Shown piece by piece: positions 43,266 to 53,475 of a DNA stretch of 58,653 nucleotides (position 1 is its first letter; every line of letters begins with the position of its first letter). The stretch is from Betaproteobacteria bacterium (GTDB lineage Bacteria > Pseudomonadota > Gammaproteobacteria > Burkholderiales > Burkholderiaceae_C), in contig JANOTG010000038.1 of NCBI GenBank assembly GCA_031416215.1, positions 1 to 58,653 of the forward strand, in the 5' to 3' direction. A model generated the notes under the pieces. That model worked only from the letters and a program-made list of their open reading frames with translations, made no database searches and was not told the origin of the DNA. Position numbers and translations under genes: made by a program.

Positions 43266-45076
43266 CAACCGTCCACCTGCAATATCGCCAGAAAGGCCTC
43301 CTGGGGCACCTCTACCGAACCAATCTGCTTCATGCGCTTCTTGCCTGCCTTTTGTTTCTCGAGTAGCTTTTTCTTGCGGGAAATATCGCCGCCATAACAC
43401 TTGGCGAGAACGTTCTTGCGCAACGCCTTGATTGTCTCACGGGCAATGATGTTGGCCCCGATTGCAGCCTGGATGGCAACGTCGTACATCTGGCGCGAAA
43501 TAATCTCGCGCATCTTCGACACCACCGCACGCGCCCGGAATTGTGACTGGGAGCGGTGCACGATGATTGACAAGGCGTCCACCTTCTCGGAGTTCAGCAG
43601 AATGTCGACCTTCACTACGTCGGCGGCACGGTACTCCTTGAATGCATAGTCCATCGACGCGTAACCGCGACTGACCGACTTGAGCTTGTCAAAGAAGTCC
43701 AGCACGATCTCGGCCAACGGCATTTCATAGGTCAGCATGACCTGCCGTCCGTGGTAGGCCATGTTCAGTTGCACGCCCCGCTTCTGGTTCGCCAAGGTCA
43801 TGACGCCGCCGACATACTCCTGCGGCATGTACAAGCGCACTGTGACAATGGGTTCGCGGATTTCTTCCATGCGGCTTTGGTCCGGAAGTTTGGAGGGGTT
43901 TTCCACCATCACGAGTTCACCGTCTGCCCGCACCACCTGGTACACCACGCTGGGAGCCGTGGTGATGAGATCCTGATCAAACTCCCGCTCAAGACGCTCC
44001 TGCACGATCTCCATATGCAACAGGCCCAGAAAGCCGCAGCGGAAACCAAATCCGAGGGCCTGCGACACCTCCGGCTCGTAATGCAGCGATGAATCGTTGA
44101 GCTTGAGTTTCTCGAGACTGTCGCGCAGCCCCTCGTATTGATTGGCTTCGGTCGGGTACAGGCCGGCGAAAACCTGCGGCTGTATCTCCTTGAAGCCCGG
44201 CAACGCGGTGCTGGCCGTGTAAGCGGCGCCACCCGTGCCTGGACGAATCAGTGTGATGGTGTCCCCGACCTTGGCCGCCTGCAACTCGCGGATACCCGCA
44301 ATGATGTATCCGACCTCGCCAGCTTCGAGCGCCTCACGCGGCTGGTTGGCCGGCGTGAATACTCCCAGGCTGTCGGCGTTGTAGGTGGCGCCGGTGGCCA
44401 TCATCTTGATACGCTCGCCCTTGGCCAGGCGCCCGTCGACAACCCGAACCAGCATGACAACCCCGACATAGGTGTCAAACCAGCTGTCGATGATCATGGC
44501 GCGCAGGGGCCCGCCAGGATTGCCGCGTGGCGCCGGGATCCGGGCTACCACTGCCTCGAGGATGTCATCCACTCCCATTCCAGTCTTGGCGGAACAGGCG
44601 ATGGCATCGGTGGCGTCGATGCCGATCACGTCCTCGATCTCCGAGCGCGCATTCTCCGGGTCCGCGTTGGGCAGATCCATCTTGTTCAATACCGGCACCA
44701 CTTCCACACCGAGGTCGAGTGCGGTGTAGCAATTGGCCACCGTTTGCGCCTCAACGCCCTGGCTGGCATCGACCACCAGCAAGGCTCCCTCACAAGCCGA
44801 CAACGAACGACTGACCTCGTACGAGAAGTCCACGTGTCCCGGGGTATCAATCAGATTGAGGTTGTAGACGATGCCATCACGTGCCGTATAAAGCAGCGCC
44901 GCAGTCTGCGCCTTGATGGTTATCCCGCGCTCTTTCTCGATATCCATCGAGTCGAGAACCTGTGCTTCCATCTGTCGCGCCTCGAGTCCACCACATCGCT
45001 GAATGAGTCGATCGGCGAGTGTGGATTTGCCATGGTCAATGTGCGCAATGATTGAAAAGTTTCTGATGTGATCCAT
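43265..45076 (-). CDS. lepA: Translation elongation factor 4
   Basis: [32 protein letters not shown] and [14 protein letters not shown]. Confidence 0.98.
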   Translation of the reverse strand: MDHIRNFSIIAHIDHGKSTLADRLIQRCGGLEARQMEAQVLDSMDIEKERGITIKAQTAALLYTARDGIVYNLNLIDTPGHVDFSYEVSRSLSACEGALLVVDASQGVEAQTVANCYTALDLGVEVVPVLNKMDLPNADPENARSEIEDVIGIDATDAIACSAKTGMGVDDILEAVVARIPAPRGNPGGPLRAMIIDSWFDTYVGVVMLVRVVDGRLAKGERIKMMATGATYNADSLGVFTPANQPREALEAGEVGYIIAGIRELQAAKVGDTITLIRPGTGGAAYTASTALPGFKEIQPQVFAGLYPTEANQYEGLRDSLEKLKLNDSSLHYEPEVSQALGFGFRCGFLGLLHMEIVQERLEREFDQDLITTAPSVVYQVVRADGELVMVENPSKLPDQSRMEEIREPIVTVRLYMPQEYVGGVMTLANQKRGVQLNMAYHGRQVMLTYEMPLAEIVLDFFDKLKSVSRGYASMDYAFKEYRAADVVKVDILLNSEKVDALSIIVHRSQSQFRARAVVSKMREIISRQMYDVAIQAAIGANIIARETIKALRKNVLAKCYGGDISRKKKLLEKQKAGKKRMKQIGSVEVPQEAFLAILQVDG

Positions 45077-45120
45077 CAAGGAGAACGCTTAAGTGTTTGA
45101 ATTGGAAAGGTGTCGGGCAG

Positions 45121-45152
45121 AAAAAAGGGCGCGTCGGGAAGTGACGCGCCCT
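45121..45152 (-). terminator. Terminator-like hairpin upstream of lepA
   Basis: Perfect 10-bp stem agggcgcgtc / gacgcgccct with a 7-nt loop; A6 at 45121-45126 forms the U-tail on the minus strand. Confidence 0.65.
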
Positions 45153-45266
45153 GAACCAACAATCATTGGCAACTGCGATAGTTGGGACTTCATTGTAGGC
45201 AAAAAGCCCCAAAAGCACAGGCCTGGAAAATCAATTTGAGCACGTTGCGAGTCAGCAACAGGGTTA

Positions 45267-45334
45267 TTATTCACAGCTTATACACAACGTGCGGGCACAA
45301 CCCGCTGAACAACTTGTGGGCGATCTGTGGATGG
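45267..45334. promoter_or_regulatory. DnaA-box cluster
   Basis: TTATTCACA (45267-45275) and TTATACACA (45278-45286) match TTWTNCACA. Degenerate inverted boxes TGTGGGCGA (about 45315) and TGTGGATGG (about 45326) follow. Confidence 0.65.
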
Positions 45335-45506
45335 TCAAGAATCGCGCCTGGATCGCCGTCGATTAAGGCTTCGACACAAATCAATATGCCAGAAAGCCGC
45401 GATTCCAAGCCCTATTCTAACCAAAATCGCGATCCACGCCCTCGAAGTTAGCGTATGCAAACATTGAGTCGGCGTTCCAGCGTCGCGGCTTTGCGGTTAC
45501 ATGCCG

Positions 45507-45570
45507 AAAAAAAACATCCGACCACCCCAATGGCCCTGCGGCCGGCTTGGGTATATGCCGGTGTCAGATG
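45507..45570 (-). terminator. Possible terminator of the rpoE-rseA-rseB-degP unit
   Basis: Imperfect long stem (catccgaccacc ... ggtgtcagatg) followed on the minus strand by U8 (A run at 45507-45514), just after the degP stop. Confidence 0.4.
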
Positions 45571-45581
45571 CGGTCTGCTCT

Positions 45582-47048
45582 TCAGCGCGCTGGCCGTATC
45601 ACCGCGTATTGCGCCCACTCGCCGCGACGGAACAACACATTGACCGGCTTGCTGCGATCGATTTTTGCCACGGCTGCGTCGAACTCCTTGGTGTTGGAAA
45701 CCTCGGCATTCGCAATCGCCACAATCACATCTCCTTCGCGCAGTCCGGCACGTGCCGCCGCCTCGGTTGCCGTATCAACCTTGACGCCGCCCTTGACTTT
45801 GAGTTCTTTGCGTTGCGCGTCGCTGATCTCGCTGACCGCCAGGCCGAGCACCTGCCCGGCGGCGGACACCTTTGGCTTTTCTTCACGGTCTGCCGGCTTT
45901 TGGGCTGTCTTCTCAGGCTCCACCTCGGCAACGGTCACCGACAACTCCTTGCTGGCACCACGGCGGAACACGGTCATGGTGCTTTTCGTGCCCGGCTTGA
46001 TGTTGCCAACCAGACGCGGCAGATCATTGTGCTTTTCGATGGTCTTGCCATCGAAACGCGTGATGATGTCACCCGCTTCGACACCCGCCTTGTCGGCAGG
46101 CGAGCCACTCTCGACTCCTCGCACCAAGGCTCCGGCCGGCTTGCCCAGACCCAGTGATTCGGCCACGTCCTTCGTGACCTGGTCGATCTGCACGCCGATG
46201 CGCCCGCGTGCCACGCGCCCGGACGCCCGTAGCTGCTCGCTCACGCGTGTCGCCTCATCCATCGGGATGGCAAAGGAGATACCCATGAAGCCGCCGGAAC
46301 GCGAATAGATCTGGCTGTTGATACCCACGACCTCGCCACGCATGTTGATGAGCGGCCCGCCGGAATTGCCCGGGTTGATTGCCACATCGGTTTGAATGAA
46401 TGGAAGATAGTCTCCCGTATCGCGCTGTTTGGCGCTCACAATGCCCGCCGTCACGGTGTTCTTGAGGCCAAACGGAGATCCGATGGCCAACACCCACTCC
46501 CCCACTTTCAGGCGATTCACATCACCCACCTTGATCGCTGGCAAACCGGTCGCCTCGATCTTGACCACCGCCACATCGGTGCGTTTGTCGGCACCGATGA
46601 TCTTGGCCTTGAACTCACGGTCGTCGGTCAGCGTCACGATGACTTCATCGGCGCCGTCAACCACATGGGCATTGGTCATGATGTAGCCATCCGCACTCAG
46701 TATGAAGCCGGATCCGACCCCGCGTGGTTGCTCCTCGTCCTGCGGTTGGGGCCGGTTCGGGCGTGGAGCCTGCCTCGGCGTGTTCGGGATCGGGACACCA
46801 AAGCGGCGGAAAAACTCCAGCATCTCCTCATCCATGCCACCACCGCCGGCACGCGGTCGACTGGAAACTTTTTCCAATGTGCGGATATTCACGACCGAGG
46901 GACCAACCTGCTCGACCAGATCCGTGAAATCCGGCAAGGCCCGAGCCTGCGCCAAGGCTGGCGTCGCAGGTACCAGCCCCACGGACGCCGCAAGCAGCAC
47001 CGCGCCCAAACAACCACGCACAAATCCACCCACAAGCTGAATCATCAT
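45582..47048 (-). CDS. DegP/DegQ (MucD-like) periplasmic serine endoprotease
   Basis: Signal peptide, TNAHV, DVAV, INPGNSGGPL and two PDZ domains; downstream of rseB. Confidence 0.95.
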   Translation of the reverse strand: MMIQLVGGFVRGCLGAVLLAASVGLVPATPALAQARALPDFTDLVEQVGPSVVNIRTLEKVSSRPRAGGGGMDEEMLEFFRRFGVPIPNTPRQAPRPNRPQPQDEEQPRGVGSGFILSADGYIMTNAHVVDGADEVIVTLTDDREFKAKIIGADKRTDVAVVKIEATGLPAIKVGDVNRLKVGEWVLAIGSPFGLKNTVTAGIVSAKQRDTGDYLPFIQTDVAINPGNSGGPLINMRGEVVGINSQIYSRSGGFMGISFAIPMDEATRVSEQLRASGRVARGRIGVQIDQVTKDVAESLGLGKPAGALVRGVESGSPADKAGVEAGDIITRFDGKTIEKHNDLPRLVGNIKPGTKSTMTVFRRGASKELSVTVAEVEPEKTAQKPADREEKPKVSAAGQVLGLAVSEISDAQRKELKVKGGVKVDTATEAAARAGLREGDVIVAIANAEVSNTKEFDAAVAKIDRSKPVNVLFRRGEWAQYAVIRPAR

Positions 47049-47135
47049 CCACCTCTTTTGAAAAATTTACCATGCGCCACCCGCGAATTCCATCGCGGAC
47101 CGCCATCCATGGCGCCGCATGCCGGATATGGGGGG

Positions 47136-48206
47136 CTACTTGCGCCGCTCAAGGCCTTGGGCAAAAACGACCAGGGTCTGGCGCGGGACTTCGCCCACCA
47201 GCGTCAACCACCATTCTCCAGACTTGTCGACCACCCGGCGTGACAGCGTGTTGGTAGCCCCTGAACTTGTGGCCCCTTCCTGCACATGCCTTCGGCGGTC
47301 CACCGGCTCGACAAACAACGACAAGGACGCCAATCCGTCCGTGAATATCCACTGCATCCTGTTGTCTGGAGTTTGACCGTCCGCCCCCGAACCGGGGCGC
47401 TTGAAGCAAGCTACTGGCTTGAATCCGTTCACCGGGCTCTTGAGCACCCAGCCCTCCGCCGCGGCGCTGGTTTTGACGATTTCCGGATATTCAACGCGAT
47501 AACCCTCGGTGTTATCCATCAACTTCGTCAGCTTTCCCATGTTGACCGGTGCCTCCAGCTGGAGTTCGGAAAATGCCGCCTGTTCCAGCGTGCGGCCATC
47601 GCTGTCCAAGGTCTGCAACTTGAGCAAAATGCCGGTCCTTTTCTCGCTCCAGACACGGTAGCCAAAACGCAGGTCATCCTTGGGTACCAGGTGCACGATG
47701 TCGGCGTCCAGTCCCGCGACGCGGTCCGAGCCTACCCGTTGAGCGAAGTAATTCTGGGCAATCGCAGAGTCTGCCGCGACAAAGAGCTCCGGGAACAGGG
47801 CGAGTGACACCCGCTTTTCCGACACGGCCGTCTTGGTCTGTGGAAAAAAGGTGATGACCTGATCGTTGCGCCGAAATGTCGAACGTGGGGCACCGCTGAG
47901 CGACTCGACCCGCACCATTTGCTGTTCGCCGTCGCAGATATGCCAGATCCGGGCACTGGACAGGTTGCCGCCGGAGCTGACAACAAAAGTGCCCACATAG
48001 GCCCGTTTGCGCGAGGCCCCGTGAATCCGTGTCAACCATTCCACGATGCCCAGTTCAGCCGACGACTTGGTTTCGACGTTTTGCGCCACAACCACTGGCC
48101 CGGCGGATTCCGCGCCAGGAACCTGAGCCTGAGCCATCGGCCCGACCAACGTCGCCCATGCCACTACGGCAGCCGACACCAGAAAAAGCGCGGGCCGATC
48201 GGTCAT
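47136..48206 (-). CDS. rseB: Sigma-E regulatory protein RseB/MucB
   Basis: YVGTFV, DRVAG, PKDDLRFGY, FTDGLASLSLFVEP and TLVGEVP; operon context. Confidence 0.92.
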   Translation of the reverse strand: MTDRPALFLVSAAVVAWATLVGPMAQAQVPGAESAGPVVVAQNVETKSSAELGIVEWLTRIHGASRKRAYVGTFVVSSGGNLSSARIWHICDGEQQMVRVESLSGAPRSTFRRNDQVITFFPQTKTAVSEKRVSLALFPELFVAADSAIAQNYFAQRVGSDRVAGLDADIVHLVPKDDLRFGYRVWSEKRTGILLKLQTLDSDGRTLEQAAFSELQLEAPVNMGKLTKLMDNTEGYRVEYPEIVKTSAAAEGWVLKSPVNGFKPVACFKRPGSGADGQTPDNRMQWIFTDGLASLSLFVEPVDRRRHVQEGATSSGATNTLSRRVVDKSGEWWLTLVGEVPRQTLVVFAQGLERRK

Positions 48207-48826
48207 CGACGGCCCTGACTCTCGAAAGTGGCATTGCGCAGGAATCCGGATGGCGCCTGCAACGCCGTGGCCCCGCCGTACTGTTTGTGCGCTGCCATCA
48301 ATTCATCGAGCCGCGCATCACGCACCATCACCTGCGGCTGTGCCGACGCGTTGCCCGGCGGCGTTGGTGCCGTCGGCACCGCCGCAGCGGTAATTGCATC
48401 CTCAGACCGTGCCAGTTGGCCGCCGGCCACCGGATCCTGCGCCAGCTGCCAGCCCACCGCGCCCAGTGCCACCAGCGCCGCGTAACCAGCCAGGCGCTTC
48501 CAGCGCCAGCGTGGGTCGTTTGCGCCCGCCGCCACGCCCGCGATCCCTGCGTCGCGATGCCCATGCAACACCTCGACCGATGGCGTAGCGTCATCGGCCG
48601 AGTCCAGCCTGGAACATACCCGGGCCGCGAAGGCCTGACTGTCATCCGACACCAGAATGTCCGGACAGCGCAGGACATCACCCAGCACGTGATAACTGAG
48701 CCACTGCGACTTCGCTTCATCGGAGTTTTCGAGCAGCGCCAAGGCGCGCTGAAAATCCTCACCGCGCAACTCGCCATCGGCCAGTGCGGAAACCAAGTCG
48801 ATATCCCATTCGTCAGCTTTGTTCAT
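48203..48826 (-). CDS. rseA: Anti-sigma-E factor RseA/MucA
   Basis: VSALADGEL, WLSYHVLGDVLR, single TM helix and RLDELMAAH; GAGGAAGG RBS. Confidence 0.92.
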   Translation of the reverse strand: MNKADEWDIDLVSALADGELRGEDFQRALALLENSDEAKSQWLSYHVLGDVLRCPDILVSDDSQAFAARVCSRLDSADDATPSVEVLHGHRDAGIAGVAAGANDPRWRWKRLAGYAALVALGAVGWQLAQDPVAGGQLARSEDAITAAAVPTAPTPPGNASAQPQVMVRDARLDELMAAHKQYGGATALQAPSGFLRNATFESQGRR

Positions 48827-48846
48827 ATCGCCTTCCTCGGCTGGCA

Positions 48847-49488
48847 TTACCAGCGCTTTCCGATCTGCTTGTCAAGCAATGGGCGTATCCGTGACGATAC
48901 GGCTTCTCGAGCACGAAATATGCGAGAACGAACGGTGCCTATCGGACAGCCCATCAGCGTGGCAATTTCCTCATAACTCAATCCCTCGATTTCCCGCAGG
49001 GTCAGGGCTTGGCGCAGATCCTCTGGCAGGGCTTCCATAGCCGCATTGACCACCGCTCCAATTTCCTTCGCGGCCAACACCGACTCCGGTGTTTCCTCTG
49101 TTGTTGGTTCATTTCGGCGGCTGGAAGTTTCATCCTCGTCGTCAGAATCATGAAAAGAGGCATAAACCATGACCGGGTCATTTTTCATGCCCATCAAGGC
49201 CTTTTTAGCCGTATTCACGGCGATGCGGTACAACCAGGTGTAAAACTGGGCGTCGCCACGAAACTGGTGCAAGGCGCGATAGGCGCGAATAAATGTGTCC
49301 TGCGCAATGTCCTCGACCAGTTCAACATCCCGCACCATACGACCGATCAGCCGCTCAATGCGGCGCTGGTACTTGACCACCAGCAATTCAAATGCATGTT
49401 TGTCGCCGGCCAGCGTCCTCTCGACCAGCATCAGGTCGCCGTCGTTGGACGACGGCAGGTCTGGCGCTGCCGGAATCTGCGCCGCCAT
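48847..49488 (-). CDS. rpoE: RNA polymerase sigma factor RpoE/AlgU
   Basis: AFELLVVKYQ, FYTWLYRIAVNTAK and LREIEGLSYEEIA..M.CPIGTVRSRIFRARE. Confidence 0.97.
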   Translation of the reverse strand: MAAQIPAAPDLPSSNDGDLMLVERTLAGDKHAFELLVVKYQRRIERLIGRMVRDVELVEDIAQDTFIRAYRALHQFRGDAQFYTWLYRIAVNTAKKALMGMKNDPVMVYASFHDSDDEDETSSRRNEPTTEETPESVLAAKEIGAVVNAAMEALPEDLRQALTLREIEGLSYEEIATLMGCPIGTVRSRIFRAREAVSSRIRPLLDKQIGKRW

Positions 49489-49497
49489 GGTGTGGGC

Positions 49498-49923
49498 TCA
49501 GGCCCGCTTCGCGGCGTCGACCACCGCACGACGAAAAGCATCCCATTGCAGTGCAGTGTCGCCACGGCTGGTCCACAACCAGAACGCCCGCCCGGACGCC
49601 GGTACAAATCGCAACAATATCCATACCTGCAAATCGAGCATGGGAATCAGGCGCCCGACGGTCGCATTGTCATCAGGCTGCCAATGCCAGTCTTTTCCGT
49701 CCCAGCGCAAAACGCCAGGGCCGACCGGCTGTCCGGCAACCATGATCGACACGGCCGCAAGCAGGGTTGTGGCGGCCAGCGCCGCCAACCCGACGTTGTC
49801 GACAACGGCTTGCAACAGCCATGCGCCGACGACACCGACTGCCACACACCACACGGTAGCCACCACGATCACCCCCATTCGATCATTGCTGACCGGGAAA
49901 GTGACTACAGGGGCATTGTGCAT
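49498..49923 (-). CDS. Small membrane protein, possibly YgfX/CptA-like
   Basis: Two N-terminal TM helices, a beta-rich Trp-containing region and a terminal WDAFRRAV helix; co-oriented between fabF and rpoE. Family assignment is tentative. Confidence 0.65.
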   Translation of the reverse strand: MHNAPVVTFPVSNDRMGVIVVATVWCVAVGVVGAWLLQAVVDNVGLAALAATTLLAAVSIMVAGQPVGPGVLRWDGKDWHWQPDDNATVGRLIPMLDLQVWILLRFVPASGRAFWLWTSRGDTALQWDAFRRAVVDAAKRA

Positions 49924-49978
49924 GTGCCATAACCTCAGGATTGGGCACGTCGCCGCCGCGAGCGGGCAATACGCCAGG

Positions 49979-51223
49979 TCAGAAACGCCTGAAAACCAGT
50001 GTTCCGTTGGTACCGCCGAATCCGAAATTGTTCTTCACGGCAACATCGATTTTGACATCGCGCGCCACGTTGGCGCAGTAATCCAGATCACACTCCGGGT
50101 CCTGGTTATCGATATTGATGGTTGGCGGACTCTTTTGATGGTGCACCGCCAATACCGTGAACACCGATTCGATGCCACCAGCACCCCCCAGCAAATGCCC
50201 CGTCATGGATTTGGTTGAATTGACCAACACCTTGCGGGCATGGTCACCCAGCGCCGCCTTGATGGCCATCGTCTCATTCACGTCACCCAGTGGCGTGGAA
50301 GTGCCATGGGCATTGAGATAGTCCACCTGCTCCGGGTTGACGCCGGCGTTGCGCAGGGCCTGCAACATGGCGCGTCGCGGGCCATCCATGTTGGGCGCAG
50401 TCATGTGTCCGGCGTCCGCACTCATGCCAAAGCCGGCGAGCTCCGCGTAAATCCTGGCGCCGCGCGCCTTCGCATGTTCCATTTCCTCCAGAACCAGCAC
50501 CCCGGCACCCTCGCCCAGCACAAATCCATCGCGGTCGCGGTCCCAGGGCCGGGAAGCGGCCTTGGGGTCGTCATTGCGGGTCGACAACGCCCGCATCGCG
50601 GCAAATCCACCAATACCGAGTGGTGAGACGGTCGCTTCCGAGCCGCCGGCGACGATCACGTCGGCGTCGCCATACTCGATCATGCGGCCCGCCTCACCAA
50701 TGCAATGCAGGCCGGTGGTGCAGGCCGTGACGATGGCAATGTTCGGCCCCTTGAAGCCAAAACGCATGGACACATGGCCGGCGATCATGTTGATGATGGA
50801 AGCCGGCACAAAAAACGGGGAAATCCGACGTGGCCCGCGCGCCGTCAGTTCACCGTGTGTGGCCTCGATCATCGGCAAGCCGCCAATTCCGGAGCCGATC
50901 ACACAGCCTATTCGCGTTGCCAGTTCTTCGCCGAGTTGATCGCCGGTTGGCAACCCGGCATCGGCCACCGCCTGTGTTGCAGCCGCGATGCCGAAATGAA
51001 TGAAACTGTCCATGGTCCGGGCCTCTTTCGCCCGCACATAGGATTCCAGATCGAAACCCTTCACCTCGCCGGCGATGCGGCAGGAAAAACTGCTGGCATC
51101 GAAGCGCGTGATCAGGTCGACCCCTGATTGTCCGGCGAGCAGATTGGCCCAGGCCTGTGGCACCGTATTGCCAACAGGGCTTATACAACCCAGACCGGTA
51201 ACCACAACACGACGACGGGGCAT
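49979..51223 (-). CDS. fabF: 3-oxoacyl-ACP synthase II
   Basis: [13 protein letters not shown] (catalytic Cys), [16 protein letters not shown] and NNFGFGGTN. Confidence 0.97.
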   Translation of the reverse strand: MPRRRVVVTGLGCISPVGNTVPQAWANLLAGQSGVDLITRFDASSFSCRIAGEVKGFDLESYVRAKEARTMDSFIHFGIAAATQAVADAGLPTGDQLGEELATRIGCVIGSGIGGLPMIEATHGELTARGPRRISPFFVPASIINMIAGHVSMRFGFKGPNIAIVTACTTGLHCIGEAGRMIEYGDADVIVAGGSEATVSPLGIGGFAAMRALSTRNDDPKAASRPWDRDRDGFVLGEGAGVLVLEEMEHAKARGARIYAELAGFGMSADAGHMTAPNMDGPRRAMLQALRNAGVNPEQVDYLNAHGTSTPLGDVNETMAIKAALGDHARKVLVNSTKSMTGHLLGGAGGIESVFTVLAVHHQKSPPTINIDNQDPECDLDYCANVARDVKIDVAVKNNFGFGGTNGTLVFRRF

Positions 51224-51357
51224 GGCTGTCAATCTATTGCAAAAAATGGGGAGTCAGTGCTTCGACAGCCAGCGTGCCACAGTCCGGGCTGGTGTCAGCT
51301 ACGCGCCGGGTAGCGCGACCAGGGGCGTCGCCGCCACGGCGCCGAATGGCGCCCGCA

Positions 51358-51633
<276 letters not shown>

Positions 51634-51708
51634 TTAGCCGCCTGCAGCGGCCGCCCGCAAACCTGGACCACAGCATCTGCGGCGCCAGTAGCGGCGCCGG
51701 CGGCCAGG

Positions 51709-52455
51709 TTACATATACATGCCGCCATTGACATGCAACTCCTGCCCGGTGATGTAGGCCGCCTGCGGCGAAGCCAGGAATACTACGGCGTGGGCGATCT
51801 CCTCCGGCTGGCCCAATCGGCCCAGGGGGATCTGCCCCAAAAGCACCGACTGCTGTACCGACGAAAGACCGGCTGTCATGTCTGTCTGCACAAACCCGGG
51901 TGCAACACAGTTCACCGTGATATTGCGCGAGCCCAGTTCACGCGCCAGCGCACGGCTCATGCCAGCCACACCGGCCTTGGCCGCAGCATAGTTCGCCTGA
52001 CCAGGATTGCCAGAGGCCCCCACCACCGAAGTGACATTCACGATGCGCCCGTAACGCTGCTTCATCATCGTACGCATGACAGCACGACTGAGTCGAAAAA
52101 CCGCCTTGAGATTGGTATCCAGAACCGCATCCCAGTCCTCATCTTTCAGGCGCATCGCCAACATATCCCGCGTGATACCTGCATTGTTCACCAGCACATG
52201 CAAAGCGCCGTGCTGCTTCACGACCTGCTCGATCAGCGCTTCGGCAGCCGCCACATCCGTGACGTCCAACACCGCACCGGTCGATCCAGGATAAGCCGCC
52301 AAGGCCTGTCCAACCGCGTCGGCACCAGCCGCCGTCGTTGCTGTTCCAATAACGTGGAAGCCTTGACGGGCGAATTCCAGAGCGATGGCACGGCCAATGC
52401 CACGGCTCGCACCGGTGACAAGGGCAACCTGCCGCGCTTCTGAAGCGCCGATCAT
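51709..52455 (-). CDS. fabG: 3-oxoacyl-ACP reductase
   Basis: TGASRGIG, NNAGITRD, YAAAK and VNGGM. Confidence 0.97.
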   Translation of the reverse strand: MIGASEARQVALVTGASRGIGRAIALEFARQGFHVIGTATTAAGADAVGQALAAYPGSTGAVLDVTDVAAAEALIEQVVKQHGALHVLVNNAGITRDMLAMRLKDEDWDAVLDTNLKAVFRLSRAVMRTMMKQRYGRIVNVTSVVGASGNPGQANYAAAKAGVAGMSRALARELGSRNITVNCVAPGFVQTDMTAGLSSVQQSVLLGQIPLGRLGQPEEIAHAVVFLASPQAAYITGQELHVNGGMYM

Positions 52456-53414
52456 GGCGCCGACTCCGACAGGGCGGCCTGCACAGCGTGAAGGCTCGTG
52501 GGGTCAAACAACGGCAGTCCGGTGAGTTCGGAATCGATGCGCCCCACCATGCCGGCCAGCACTTTGCCCGGGCCGCATTCCACCACGACCCCGACCCCGC
52601 GCGCCTTGAGCGCCCGCACACACTCGACCCAGCGCACCGGACCAAACGCTTGCCGGTACAAAGCGTCGCGCAGGCGGTCAGCATCCACCTCCACCGCCAC
52701 ATCGACATTGTTGACAAGCGCAATTTGCGGCGCCCGCAATTCCAACTCTTCGAGGGCAGCGCGCAACTTTTCTGCAGCTGGTCGCATGAGACTTGAGTGG
52801 AATGGGGCTGACACAGCCAGCAACATGGCACGACGGGCACCGGCGGCCTTGAGCGCGACGCAGGCGCGCTCCACCGCAGCGCTGCTACCCGAGATCACGG
52901 TTTGGGATGGATCGTTGAAATTTGCAGCCTCCACGGTCTCGGTGCCTGACGCACCAAACCCCTGGCTCACCTCCTGACATATCTCGACCACCTTGGCAGG
53001 ATCCAACCCGAGCACCGCCGCCATCGCGCCGGTACCAACGGGCACTGCTTCCTGCATCGCCACGGCACGCAAACGCACCAGCGGCGCCGCCTGCGACAGG
53101 GTAAGTACACCCGCAGCCACCAGCGCCGCGTACTCGCCCAGCGAGTGCCCTGCCACAACGGACGGCGCGACCCCGGTACGTGCCATCCATGCGCGGTAGG
53201 CGGCCACACCGGCGACCAGCATTACCGGCTGTGTATTGGAGGTCAATGCCAGCTCGTCCTTGCTGCCATGGCGAATGAGTTGGCCGAGATCCTGCTGCAG
53301 CGCCGTGGAGGCCTCGAGCACGGTCTGGGCCACCACCGGATCGTCGCCCCAAGCGTCCAGCATTCCGGGTGACTGGGAGCCCTGACCGGGAAAAACAAAT
53401 GCAAATGGCTTCAT
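52452..53414 (-). CDS. fabD: Malonyl CoA-ACP transacylase
   Basis: FPGQGSQ, GHSLGEY and SAPFHS. Confidence 0.97.
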   Translation of the reverse strand: MKPFAFVFPGQGSQSPGMLDAWGDDPVVAQTVLEASTALQQDLGQLIRHGSKDELALTSNTQPVMLVAGVAAYRAWMARTGVAPSVVAGHSLGEYAALVAAGVLTLSQAAPLVRLRAVAMQEAVPVGTGAMAAVLGLDPAKVVEICQEVSQGFGASGTETVEAANFNDPSQTVISGSSAAVERACVALKAAGARRAMLLAVSAPFHSSLMRPAAEKLRAALEELELRAPQIALVNNVDVAVEVDADRLRDALYRQAFGPVRWVECVRALKARGVGVVVECGPGKVLAGMVGRIDSELTGLPLFDPTSLHAVQAALSESAP

Positions 53415-53475
53415 CGGACCGATTCAAACAGGTACGGGAGTACGAAACAGCGGGCGGCCAAGGCGAACATGCGAC

